A stretch of 64,000 bases of DNA, from positions 16,678,001-16,742,000 of the forward strand of contig JAQFVV010000005.1 of NCBI GenBank assembly GCA_028023455.1, written 5' to 3'. The notes under the pieces are model-generated. The model worked only from the letters and a program-made list of their open reading frames with translations. It did no database searches and was not told the origin of the DNA. The first letter of the stretch is position 1. Each line of letters begins with the position of its first letter. The stretch is from Epiperipatus broadwayi (taxonomy: Eukaryota > Animalia > Onychophora). The position numbers were made by a program, and so were the translations under genes. This document shows, piece after piece, positions 27,770-41,249 of this stretch.

Positions 27770-29280
27770 TTTAAAGAAATGCTGGCCTTATAAGATCTAG
27801 TTGGGATACAAAGGTGGAGGTAAGCATCTTTTGTCTCATCATATGGTAGCTTAAGATTACGATTAATAAAATCTTTATTCGTAATGTGGACATGTGTGAC
27901 TGTGTGTATTTTAATAATATGTGTGAATATCTAAAAACTGGACTGACCAACTTTCCAAACCCTGTTAACATCAATAAACCAGCCTCTATACGAAACTTTG
28001 CAGAATAAACAATATGGTCATTTATGTAAGCTATTTCAGACTTTATTATTCAAGCTAAACCTCAGATCAAAACGAGGTGAAACACGATCTCTTTCAATAT
28101 GACTAAACATTAAACTTTATAAGGGAGCAATAACTTTTACTTACTTTTAAACTTTTGTGAATTTATAATCTATAGTCAAATATGAAATAACAAATCAGTA
28201 TAATATTTTGGACTACATATAAACACTCGGGTGACCACTTTTTCAAATACAATTAATGCTAATACACTAGCCTCTTTATCAAACTGTTGAGCAATCATAA
28301 AATGCATCAACTTAATAAGATTTCCAAAGTAAATGTATTTATTAAACTAAAGAATATGCTTAAGTTTTACTCTTTAAAATAGGACAAAACATCATTAGCA
28401 TTCCTTCAAAATAATAAAGAAAAAAATAATTACTCTCAAGCTCAGAGAAGAGATAAGAGGCTTAGCAGTCTTCATTTTCGTTTAGCGCTTTAGCTAAAAA
28501 TAGCCAATGACTAACTAGGTAGGCTATTGATAAAATATTTAAAAAAATAATTTCTACGTTAGCTTGAAATGTTTTAATTAAAAGTTCAACCAGGTTGAAA
28601 CTCTAAGTTTTTGAAATGGCTGACAGATGCAATTAGCCACTATATATAATACATAAAAAATATCTGAGGAAAATAGAGTGTGAATTAATATCATAAATAA
28701 ATATGATTAAGATTCTGTAAAGTAATTAAATGGTTTGTTGCTTCAAGAGATCATGGTTCAATCATAGCTCTCAAATCAGTCACTCTATTATTACATTTAA
28801 ACTTTGCAGAGTAAAATATGAGGGATTGTTTTTTAAGATCATGTGACATTCAATTACCAGAAATGACAAACCCTGACCTATGGGTCATTAATATGTAAAT
28901 CAATCAATTCACTATTATACAGAACTATGCAGGACATAATAATTCCGTGGTTTATTATTCAATATGTTCAAAGTTTGAGTACTGGGTGTGTCAGTTGAGC
29001 GCTCATGAATCTTTAGCTTCCAAATCTAGCATTCCTTTATTGCAGTAAACCATGTAGAGCAATTAAGATTCTGTTCTAGACAATGCAATTTCAAAGTTCA
29101 CTTACTCATCAACTATGCTATGATGTATTCTTCATCCTGAGTGAAATAGTTCAGTGATTTTAATTTAAGATAATAATATAGATGTGTGCTTTCTGCCTGG
29201 AGAAGAACTTTTACACACTACATGATAAAATATTATAATAAAAATATAACACTTGATAACATCATATGGATAATATCAGA
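27770..29280 (-). mobile_element. Decayed L1/Tx1-like ORF2 remnants
   Basis: Minus-strand VLLQAESTHL (LQETH-like), VISGN (GDFN-like), LALIVFEKVVTRV (DFEKAFDRV-like), PYCLFC; spacing implies large deletions. Confidence 0.35.
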
Positions 29281-29324
29281 TGGTTCAGAAGGTGTGAAGC
29301 AGCTCTGATGATCTCCATCATAAA

Positions 29325-29555
29325 ATACTGATCACAAAAATAAAATTCTAATGGTAGATCACTTACCAAAGGTAAAGAATTATGAAATTGCATATCAAAA
29401 CCCATTTGTCAATTATCATAACATCAAAGATCATCTCCTTCATTACAAGAATTACATAAGTCATAATTAGCTGCTCAACAATGTCTTCAGCATACTTTTT
29501 TCAATTTTATTTATTCCTTTCTGAAACATCAATCAGGGTATTACCAGGATTTGGA
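29325..29555 (-). pseudogene. Decayed PHD-finger coding fragment, PHF12/PF1 PHD1-like
   Basis: AANYDLCNSCNEGDDL*CYDN*QMGFDMQFHNSLPLVSDLPLEFYFCDQY keeps ungapped register with recalled NHDxCDxCxEGGDLLCCDxCPxxFHLQCHDPPLxxxDIPxGxWLCxxC; two stops and several lost Zn ligands. Confidence 0.7.
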
Positions 29556-29749
29556 AAAAATAAAAAACAGAAATTATTTCTAATGAATAGTATTTAATTG
29601 AGAAAATCATGTACTTCATTTAATTACACTTCTATTATTTTTCATTGAATTCTATCAGATAAAGCTTGAAGTTACTGATATGAAAAAATAGAAATAGTTT
29701 GGTTATATATCTTTTTAAAAAAAAATGGGATTAAATGATATTGGTAAAT

Positions 29750-30260
29750 GGATTAAAAATCTCAAAATACAGGTTACATTAATATAAAACAATGCCTCAT
29801 TATTAAAAAAGACACAAATCAAGAAAGCAAAAATAACCGAATGTAAAAAAAAAAGTAATGATTAGAAATAGCAACGGCTTTTAAACTGAGGAAAAAAACA
29901 TAAAAGTTGTAGACACTTCATGAGATTATTTTACAATAAGAAATGCGTGGTAAAAAGACTCCAAGAATGACTATACAGTAGAACTGAGATGAAAGACTTT
30001 AATTATGTCATTGAATGTTAAGATTCGTTCACCTTTAGAAATGAACACCAAAATTATTAAAGTTCTTTATGAGTGTAAAAGACAGATAACAAAAACATTA
30101 AATAAGAAAACTATTGGAGTCCACAAATTTGAATGTTCAAAGACTGCAAGTAATACAAAAAAGTTAATCAAATCCAGATGTGAACTTGTAAGTTGTGATC
30201 AAATTCTTAAGCAGAACTGATATTAAAAAGAGGATGACTAGAAACCAGATATGAGTTAAT
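29750..30260 (+). mobile_element. Decayed non-LTR APE endonuclease remnant
   Basis: KDFNYVI (GDFN-like) and KSRCELVS (SRIDxxLVS-like) on the plus strand. Confidence 0.35.
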
Positions 30261-30881
30261 CAAAAAATAATGCCAAAGTTAATATGAAAGACTGAACTAA
30301 CTGAGAAATTTTCATTAAGTGGGAGAAATGACAATGATTTGACAATATTATCATTCATAAATTTTAAATCTGAATTATCTTCCATTTTTAAAATTTCTAG
30401 TTTTATTCTTATATGAAAAATTCTCTTAGTCCTTCTATTTCTATCATTACCTATGTCACTGAATTTCAAAAAAAAAGGGTGCTTTATCTGGTAATTCTTC
30501 CATTCACTATGATTTCATGGTAGTTTTGGATGTAAAATCTGCAGTTTAATCATTTTGTCCTAATTTTGTACCTAAAATATGTTGTTTTTTTTTAATTTGT
30601 TAGCTGCAGAAGACATGAAATGATTTCATTGCAGTTGATTTTTATTATATGTTTCTGGTGTGATTTTTTTCTCTTAATTAAAAGATTGATTTGTCAAAAC
30701 AATGGCTTTTCTTTACACTTATTGAGTTAATTGTCAATATTTAATTGTTAATTAATAGAAGAAGTCAATGCCATTTTCTTAAAAATGTCAAGTTTGGCAC
30801 AAAACTCATTTATAGCAAAATTAACCTAATAATAATTGTTTTAAATAGATTCTCACATAGAAGTAAACATTTGACTTAATT

Positions 30882-31361
30882 AAAACAGACAAAACTCTCC
30901 ATATAGTAGTGCTACTCAGTGCAAGCCAGAGCAATCAATGGATGCCAGAACGTTTGCGCATAAAATCCCTATCTAGTGCCTACTCATCCAATATCCCCGA
31001 CTACTTTCTAGCTTGTAGCTTTCATTAGTGAGGCATCTTGGATCTGAGAGCACTGTACCTAGATCTTAGGATCTAATGCAACCTTCCAAAAGCCACCTTT
31101 TATCTCTACTTAACTACAAAACTATGAGTCTAAAATTAAAAACACAATATTTTCAATTCAAGCTCATCAGCTTATTATAGCTATATAGTTCTGAATTCAG
31201 TTCATATTATATGAGTAGGCACTAGATAGGAATTTATGCACAAACCTATTAATTACTCTGGCTTGCACTGAGTAGTACCACTATATGGAGAGTTTTACCT
31301 GTTTAAATGATAGTCATGAGCAAGCATAAGAAAAGGTGATCATGTGATGCTGAGTGGTTTA
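30882..31361. mobile_element. Non-autonomous fold-back element, family A (arm-core-arm-tail)
   Basis: About 100 bp imperfect inverted arms (30883 / 31304), 57 nt right tail, perfect 13 bp TSD ATTTGACTTAATT at 30869-30881 and 31362-31374. Confidence 0.9.
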
Positions 31362-31630
31362 ATTTGACTTAATTATTCATCCCATTTCAATAAGAAAATA
31401 AGAATGAACAGTCAGGATCAATGTTCCTAATGATTTTCTTAGTCCCTATGAAGTGAAATAGAGAACCAGAAAGTTTTTAAAAATAACACTTTAGGCATTT
31501 TAAATCCAATATTTTGCCAACAATAACTTAGTAGAGACATCCAAGCTCAAAAGATATTTTATGTGATGCTGAATTACCATCCCCTCTTCCCAAAAAAATC
31601 AACTCAAAAACCTATCAGCAGATAGTAAAA

Positions 31631-32255
31631 CAGGCTAAACTCTCTATATGTATTGCTTCTCAGTGCAAGCTAGAGTAATCAATGAATACCAGAAGGCTTG
31701 TGTGTAAAATCCCCATCTAGTACCTATTCATCCAATATCCCCAGATTAGTTTCTGGCTTGTGGCCTTCGTCAGTGAGAAGCCTTGGATCTGAGAGCACTG
31801 ACCTAGATCTAGGATCTAATGCAACCCTCCAGCAACCAACTTTTTTCTCTACTTAACTACAAAACTATGAGTCTTAAAATAAAAACCCTATAATATTTTC
31901 AATCCAAGCGCATTAGCTTATATAGTCATATAGATCTGAACTCAGTTCAGTACCTATACATTTTGGTGGCTTTGGTTCTTTAATAACCATAGCCACCACT
32001 ATGCTATTAGGTAGGATTGGTTTTAAGCCAATAAACATCACATGATCACCATTTCTTATGCTTGCTCATAACAGTTATTAAAATGGGAAAAACTCTCCAT
32101 ATATACTGCCACTCAGTGCAAGCCAGAATAATCAATGGATGCCAGAAGGCTTGTGCATAAAATCCCTACTGAGTAACACTATGTATAGAGAGTTTTGCCT
32201 TTTTAATAACAATTATGAGCAAGCATAAAAAATGGTGATCATGTGATGTTTATTG
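31631..32255. mobile_element. Composite family A fold-back insertion
   Basis: Arm+core collinear with 30882-31200, then inverted tail-arm-short core-arm-tail (32027-32257); flanked by GCAGATAGTAAAA at 31618-31630 and 32256-32268. Confidence 0.85.
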
Positions 32256-32449
32256 GCAGATAGTAAAAACAAATTGCTCAGAAAGTCATATGATATGCCA
32301 GAATAATTTGTCAAATGAGTTTTTCTCTCTTTTTTTTATTACTATAAACATTAAATAACTAGCAATCAAAAGTCATTTACTCATCTGCAAATTATTCTTA
32401 TTACTAGTATAGACGCTTAAAATAGTATGATTATTAATAAATAAAAACA

Positions 32450-32700
32450 ATCAACAATATGAACTATGCTACTATTTATAGGGTCTTTCAAGATCAGCAG
32501 ATCTTAGAATGAAAAATGATTGAGTAGCAAATATATAAAATAACCCATTGTGAAGCAAAAGCATTTCTAACAACATCTCATAAAGAAACAGGGAAAAGGT
32601 AGTACTCATCAGATTCATCAATTGCCGAATATTAAGCATTGACCAGATTCCAATCCCTGTTTATCTTCTAGTTAAGAACTGTTAGATACCCCTTTACTAA
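32450..32700 (-). mobile_element. L1/Tx1-like RT remnant
   Basis: Minus-strand QG..SGQCLIFGN...DVVRNAFASQW, resembling QxGFxxGR...DxEKAFDxVxW. Confidence 0.4.
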
Positions 32701-33649
32701 CCAAAATGAATAATTAGTTGGGTTAGTTTTGAATAGGTATATACATAAATAAAAAAAGCTAAGTCTATTTTAACTTTTTCTGTCAAGATTCAAATCAGTT
32801 CATAATATAACTCATAAAGTCAGAGTTGAGGATAGTAGGACTGCTATTAATTGGGGGGGGGGGGTGAGATTATCAATTAATGATAGCTTAGTAAATTTCC
32901 CTTCAATCTAGATGTTTTCCAGCAGTGGTTTGTAATACCATTATTAATAGATATCTATCAATGAAGGCTCACTGCAAAAGAGTAATAAAATAATAAAATA
33001 AAGTATGACAGAAAGAAGTACTACTTGAGTAGGACCTATAAGCTTATAATTTCACAAATTTTCAATCAGTACCAATAAGCTGCTCATGTGAATCTATAAT
33101 TAGAAAAAATGAATAATGGATACATTAGATTCAATTCTATTAAAGTAAAACTAATCAGAACATCTTTAATAAACTTTGCACAGATCATTAATTAAAACTT
33201 GGAAATCATTTTTCAGGTAGCTTGTATTTTTTCCAGGTAGTTAGTCATAGTCAAATTTAGTCAGTCATTGAATTGTGAGTCAGTAAATGGGTATTTAATT
33301 AATGTTAACTAGAGGGTAAAACAAAACAAGGGATAGAGACTTAATCAGAAGTTGATTAGCCTAATAAGTAGTGTTTACTCTTCATGGTCCCCCACGGAGG
33401 AATTGAGAGGAGGTACATATTTAGGAGTATTTTACCTATACTTAAAAATATGCTAATAAAATATTGGTAGTTCACTTCTAGCAATATAATCTATGGTCAA
33501 AATTTAATTTCTGATTTCATTCTCATATATATATTAGTTGTTAAAAAATGTTATCATTAAAGTGGAATACACAGTCCAATAAAGTCCAACAATTGTATTC
33601 AATTTGTCCCACATATTTTTTTTGCTATCCCCATCCCAACTTTCCTCTT

Positions 33650-34350
33650 GGAATCAATCCGGAACTTTCAGCTCTCCAGCAGTCATCTTTACGCTGCGTT
33701 AACAGCTCAAGGCATTAACAAGTAGTTTATTTTTATAGAATTCGGTTTCACTTCTGATATATGACAAATTAGCCCCAGAAAAATGAACTACTAAATACTA
33801 ACAATAATTATTAATATCAGATAATATAAAATATAAAACTAACTTGTAATTTTTAAAGGTCGTCAATAAGTTTCCTTTCCAAGAAAACAAAAGACTCGAT
33901 GACAAGTTCTAAGCTGTTAGGTAGACTGGAGAAAGATTTTCAGAATAATCAATCAACGCGAAAGAACAAGCGTTTTACAGAAGTAATTAATAATAATATA
34001 TATATTTCTTTCATTAAATTTAATAGCCTGAAACAGTTTCCTTTACAAAGAATTCAGTTTTCGCCTGGTTGCTTAAAAGAATTCAATATTTTCACACAAA
34101 TCTTTAAATAATAATTTGATTAATCTGCATAGATTAATTACCCCGCGGCCGCTACTGGAATTGGATTTTCTAATTAATTTTTTTTTTGTTTACATTATTA
34201 CTCAACATTTCAATAGAATGAAATCTACATTTCAATAACTGCTTTATTTGTTATAATCAACCGTGAGATTTTGATTAAGTAAAATAAACATTCTTCGGAA
34301 TACAAACGAGACAAAGTTTAAAATGGTAAATGTAACAGACGCCTTTACCA
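33650..34350. promoter_or_regulatory. CpG-retaining, putatively unmethylated regulatory patch
   Basis: Cluster of CpGs including CCCCGCGGCCGC at 34141 in an otherwise CpG-poor background; no repeat recognised. Confidence 0.35.
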
Positions 34351-34394
34351 TCAAAGTCAACATACTGTGAAGAAAGAAAAATACTTTTTCTCAT

Positions 34395-34570
34395 ATTATT
34401 GGAATAGGTTATATATGATGACAATAGATGGACAACTGAAAACTTAAACTGGATATCAAAAAATTGTTAAAAATCTAGAAAAAGACCACATGTGAAATGG
34501 ATGAATAAAATAAGACAATTTATACAGAGAAATGAGGCTGTGATTCAGAAAAATTATTAAACATGGAAAG
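34395..34570 (+). mobile_element. RTE 3' fragment
   Basis: DDNRWTTENLNWI...KRPHVKW homologous to 20285-20537. Confidence 0.8.
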
Positions 34571-34626
34571 GTAGTAGTATATATGTATACATGTTATCTG
34601 CCGTAATATAGGTTTCTTGAGTCAAA

Positions 34627-34830
34627 AGTTTCTCCAGACAACTAAAATGTTTATCATTATCATTCACCTAATTCATAGGTAGGTACAATATCATTTATCT
34701 GAATATTATTCACAGGCTTCAGTGTCTCCTGACAACTAAAATGTTTATTTATCATCATCATACATATCATCATCATACACCTAATTCTTGTGCACATACA
34801 GTATCATTCATTTGAATACCTATTATTCAT
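34627..34830. repeat. Imperfect tandem duplication (about 100 bp)
   Basis: TCTCC(A/T)GACAACTAAAATGTTTAT...CACCTAATTC occurs twice. Confidence 0.75.
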
Positions 34831-34974
34831 AGATTTCTAATATTCAAACAAAATTTCAATAGTAAACTATTTTTTTTCAATAAAAATTTGTACATAGAAT
34901 ATATATATTAAACAAATATATAATCTTTAAATACAAGTATATTGTCTATACTGAGCTTAATGTGATTGGAAGGG

Positions 34975-35045
34975 ATTTGAACTCAGACTTTCAAGCTCCT
35001 TACAGCTCCATCCACTCCATCTTATACCACTGATACAAATGCCCA
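34975..35045 (-). mobile_element. Degenerate tRNA-derived SINE head
   Basis: Minus-strand A-box-like TCAGTGGTATAAG and B-box-like GAGTTCAAATCCC. Confidence 0.4.
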
Positions 35046-35457
35046 CATGCATGTGAAAAGGATAAATAATCTCCAATATATATATATATTTCATGCTGAG
35101 CCAGCACTCATCAATTGGTCCAGATCATCATCTCCCACACATATCTATTAAGCCTAATTGCATTGAACTGTATGTTTTTTCGACCTTAGCAGAGTTTGAA
35201 TTTGCAATGAAGGGGGAAGATTTATTTTTGCAATTCAGAAATTCGGATTAATGGTGTTTTACCTATGTAACATTTCAGTTATTCTCTGACAACTCATTTA
35301 TTCATTATAAAAATTTATCTTATAATGATCTCAATCAATAATAAAATAATTGATCAGAGATAATCATCATCATCATTTTCAAACATTATTGATTCACTAC
35401 AAAATGAAGGTATTCTCCAAATTTAATCCGGTTACTCTGAGCCATAGATTGTCTTCT

Positions 35458-35547
35458 TTAAAAAAGGCAAAACTCACTATATATATATTGCCTGTTTTAA
35501 CAAGTTATACACAAGCATAAGAGGAGGTGGTCATGTGGTGTTTGTTA
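35458..35547. mobile_element. Minimal family A fold-back nested in RTE
   Basis: Hairpin AAAAAGGCAA...TTGCCTGTTTT plus 47 nt family tail; 11 bp repeat GATT(G/A)TCTTCT at 35447-35457 and 35548-35558. Confidence 0.75.
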
Positions 35548-37287
35548 GATTATCTTCTACTGAAAACATCATAAAACATACTTATTTCATCTATCTCATA
35601 CTGATCTCTTTCTAGGTTTTTACAATCTCTTGAAATCCCATTTAAAACTTCATCTCTCCATCTATTATCATCTCTTGAAAAATATATTCAGCCCAGCTAC
35701 ATTTCAATCTTTAACTTCTTTCAATGATGTTAATGATATCTGCTTGATCTCTCACCCACACACTTTATTTCCTATCTCTTCTTGTTACTCCTTACATGTT
35801 TCCATAATTCACTGAGCAGTCTGAAGATTGTTCTGTTAAGTATCCAATTCTTAGATCCATAAATAAGAACAGCTAAAACACATCTGTTTAAAACATTCCT
35901 TTACAAACACATTTTTTTCAATAATAATTTATTCTGACCAAAAGCACTTCATCCAAGCTTAATTCTATGATTAATTTCATCTAATATGTTTATATCTGTA
36001 TTAATAATCTGATCAAGGTCTTTGTAGTTGTTAACTTTTTCTAATTGATTATTATTAATCTTTATTTTCTTCTGAGAAAACCCATTGGATATTATTTTAA
36101 TCTTTTTAGCATTTATCTTTTTCTCTTGCAACATTTCCTGAAGCTTTGAATTATTATTTTCAAAAACAATTACATCATCTGCAAAATCTAGATGACTTAA
36201 ATAATCTTCATTTATTTTTATGCCTTTAACTTCCATTTTAATCCATAAAATACTTTTTGTAAAACTGCAGTAAAAAGTTGTGGAATATAGAATCATACAC
36301 TTTTTTCAATGTTAATCTTCTTTATTATCAGTGTGTAATCTAATCATTGCTGTTGCATGTTATTCTTATCCTGAGTCTGCATTTGATTATCCAATGATTT
36401 GATTATGACAGAAATGCTTACAGAATCTAAATCCTTATCTAAAAATCCAAAGCATAATACAAACTTATATTTGTTGGATCTTTTTATAAACTCTCTCAAT
36501 ATCTGGATATGATCTACTGTGCTAAAATCACTTTTAAATCCAGTTTGTTCTTTTGGTTAGTTGAAATCTAAAGATCTCTGCTGACAATTTGTAATTAGTT
36601 GGTAAACATTTTGTATGGAATTGATAGAAGGCTGATAAACCTGTGATTTCTAATATCTTTAATGTCAATATGTAATAACTATAGAAAATACTTGGTTTTC
36701 TTGTTCTTTATTATATAATTCTTCATACAATTCTTCCACATATTTTATCATCTCTCATTTTGGTAATTTATTTTTATTGCAGAAATGGCTTTACTTTCAT
36801 TTCTAAGATGTTGTTTTATACTTTTGAGATTTATTTATTTCTATAGCTTTTGTTGCCAATTCACAATTATACTGTCTTATATCACTATTATTATTTTTTT
36901 AAATTTTCATATTCTTTTTATATTTTCTTGCCTCAAAGATTTACTGGTTGGTAAATTGCTGCATTTTTGTACAGATATCTTTCTTGCCGTATTTAATAGT
37001 GTATGAAGTATCTTCTTATTGATTTCCGTCAAATCCAAACCATCTTCAAAGTCCATTGTTATTTTTTAAATGATTTTCAAGTTTGAATTTAAATTTATTG
37101 GAATGTTTTTAAAGATTAAGAATATCAGCTGTTAAAAATTATTTTCTTGATAATTTTTATCTCTTTTGTTTTGCATTAAGACCCATCCTACAATACATCA
37201 ATCAATGATTGATTTATGTTGAATCTATTAATAATATTACAGTCTTGAAATACATATTTTTGTTAGTCAAAATATAATACAATTCTG

Positions 37288-37763
37288 TTTATCAATAAAG
37301 CAAGTCATATATAATGTGACATTGCTTTTATAAGCTTGTATTTACAAAAATATAATACAGAGAGCATACCAATAGCTCAAACAAGCTCTTAATTGATAAG
37401 TGCGGTAAGAGATAACATTTAAAATCTCTTTCCAAAAAACTCTTATCCCCAGACCAATTGGTTTTGAGCTAATGGCTCACTTCAGTAAGGAGTTAGAATT
37501 TTCAGGCACTAGATCTAAAACATAAACTCAAAACCCAGTACTTATTTCATATGTAATATTTAAGTAGAAACTAAAGTTTTCGGACATGAAAATATCTTTT
37601 ACTCCAGCTGCCTAACTTAAATAGCTATATGGGACTGAACCAAATTCAGATCTACCATACACTAATAGCCTCAGCATATCCAAAGCCATAAAAGTAAAAT
37701 TATAATCATCAATAAAGCAAGACAATTAAGAGCTTGTTTGAACTATTGGTACACTCTCTGTAT
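37288..37763. mobile_element. Fold-back element, family B (tail-arm-core-arm), nested in the RTE endonuclease region
   Basis: Absent from RTE copy 1; about 42 bp inverted arms (37355 / 37763); 67 nt left tail; 10 bp TSD TACAATTCTG at 37278-37287 and 37764-37773; core resembles the family A core. Confidence 0.88.
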
Positions 37764-40329
37764 TACAATTCTGCTGTATCTTCATTTGAATGCTTCCATG
37801 TCCATTTTTTTTTAATAATATGTTTTTTACAAATTCCACAAGTCTGTGTATTTCTCATTTCTATGATCATAACCAAATTTACCCATAGCACTTTCATCTT
37901 TAAATCATTTAGCAATTCTAGCATTAAAATCTTCTATGACAATTTTAAAATGTCCTTTGGCTGATCAAAATTCCACTTTTTATCTACAATGAATCCTATT
38001 CCACTTTTACTTCCAATATTTATGTCTTTAATAGTAGAGTATATGTCCACTTTTTAAATCAATTGTTTTCTTCTAACCTCACAAAGTCCAATAATGTCCC
38101 ATTTAATATAAGACAGTTTTAGTTCTAACTCTTGCAATCTTCCTTCACTTGAAAGTGATCTGCAGTTGTAAGTATCTAAATAAATGTCATCAAATGGCTG
38201 CTTTGGCTGGTGACTTTATGGCCTCCTGGGAATAAGGGACAAGATTTAATTTATCTGTCATGATTATATATATATTAGGAAAAAAATTTTCAATCACACA
38301 CACATTTATTCTGCCTTATCAGACAACTGAGAAGAAAAACCATGGTATTTCTTGACTTTAAACTCAGAGGTAGAAAGCCAATAATCTCACCACACTGGCT
38401 AATGCATGTTGGTGAGCAGCCCATCCATGTTCGTATACTATATGAATAATCACATAGTAATAACAGTTTCAATGACAAGAACATATGGAGTGGACATTAG
38501 GAATTTGCCTTGCTTGGTTCCTTTAAGATCTCCAAGAGAAAACAAAGGGTCTCCTTCCAGTTAACAGCAAGCTTCTTTCTGCAGCCCTGCATAGATTACA
38601 TTATTATTAATATGTATAATGAAATCATTTTCTTTTAGCATTTTGTATAATGTAATAATTTATTTTTCATAATTGCAAATAGCTTACAGTCTAGTTAATT
38701 CTCTTCAGAGCTTTAACAAATTAGTGCATTATATAAAGTGCATAGGGAAGTAGTTGCCTTATTCAGATTAGTAATAATTAATGAAATCTGAAATAATTGA
38801 TCTCAAAACTGTGAGTGCAGAAGGTCTGATAATTGCAAATCAAAGCATAATTATACACATATTGAAAATATGTGAAATTCATATATATATATGGTGTGTT
38901 TGCAAACTGTGGAATATGAATAAGAAATATATAGAAAAGTATTTTTTTATAATTTGTTTGGGTTTTATTCGCCATAATTTTGAATCACGGAGAACACAAA
39001 CCATGGATATATGTTTATTCATTTGACACTATTTTGACGTTAAACAATTATTTATAATATAACAAATTTTAAATTGATGATCAAAACAACCTACATAATT
39101 TGAAAATAATAATTATTTAAATTATTTATTGATATTAAAAATATATATTTTCTGATTTAAAGTGTAAAAGATTAAGTCTATAATATTAGAATTTCATTAT
39201 AATATTTATGCATAACATACAAGACAAACACACACACGTTTTATATGTGTGTTGTATGTGCATATTTGTGTGACACAATTGAATTGTATACTTGTAGAAG
39301 CTAAAATATATTATGCGTATAAATACTATATATGTAAAAACTAGTTAACAGAAAATCTAATTAACTGAAAAGTTAATTAATATAAAACTAATATATGAAA
39401 GAATTCATTATCGTTTCGAAATAACAATCGATTTAATTTAATCCCATTCCTAATAATAAATAAGATAAGTAGGCAAAGCATAAGAATTGGGGGAACAATA
39501 AAAGGCCTCCAATATTAAGTGAAGGCCTTCAAACTAGAAAGTGAAAAAAAGCAACCCAGAGCACTCTATCACTGAAAATATCAAAGCAAATTCGAAGTTA
39601 ATACAGGCCACTCTGGCTTTATTATTATTTTATTAAGCCTTCAGCAATATTAATTAAATTGTACATAATCTATATGCAAGTTACATATGTATTTTATTCA
39701 ACATCTTCATTATTTCATTATTGCTCATTTTAATACAGTAACACCATTTTTTTTTGAAGCAATTTTATTTTGTTTCTAACTATTTTGGCTGAACACACAG
39801 TCTTCATCTGAAATCTGCTTAATCTTTCATTTAGATAGCAGTATTACTTGATGTACATATATTTTTATTTATTGTTATTATTTATAATAAACTAATAAGG
39901 ATATGTATGTTGTATCAACACAATTTTTATAGTTTTTACTAATATACTGTATTTATTCATATAAGTAACAAGAAATTTTCCAAATTATAGTTAAATCTTA
40001 ATAATTATTGTTGCCCATTTGAACATTACAGCTGGCCAACACTGAAAGAGACAGTATATGGCATAGTAATGCTGAAAATCAGTAACATAAATAGGAATAG
40101 CAGAAACATACTTTAATAAGTATATTGAATGTTTGTAACATAAACAGACAGGTTTGGCGGTTCACTCATTCTTAAAACTGTTTTCCAGTTAGTATGCTAA
40201 AGAAAAAAAATTTTCAGTGGAAGGACTTCTGAGGAAGTCTGTTTGATAGTTGAAATTGGTCCAATGAAGTATTTATTTAATAGTATAAAATATATTTAAA
40301 AAGTGTGATTTTTCTTTATTTATATTAGT

Positions 40330-41130
<801 letters not shown>

Positions 41131-41249
41131 TTTTCCTGATAATCTTTCAGAATTTCATTAAATCAGTATAACAGTTTCATGGAATAGAAGTATTCTTAAA
41201 AATATTGATTTAAAAACAATCAGTATCAATCCACTTCAGGATGAGGTAT

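Larger units (their letters stand above)
35361..38525 (-). mobile_element. Near-full-length RTE LINE copy 2, with two nested insertions and internal deletions
   Basis: (CAT)n tail; ORF-track 35949-36296 YLSHLDFADDVIVF...EINHRIKLG (RT); endonuclease remnants; 5' region shared with copy 1. Confidence 0.92.

Noticed and set aside
30260-30469. 69-aa minus-strand ORF as a gene
   Set aside because: No recognisable domain or splice context; adjacent to LINE debris
37356-37762. TA-flanked Tc1/mariner MITE
   Set aside because: TA-CAG…CTG-TA is present, but comparison with the empty RTE site shows the insertion includes 67 more nt and a 10 bp TSD; a two-step history is not fully excluded
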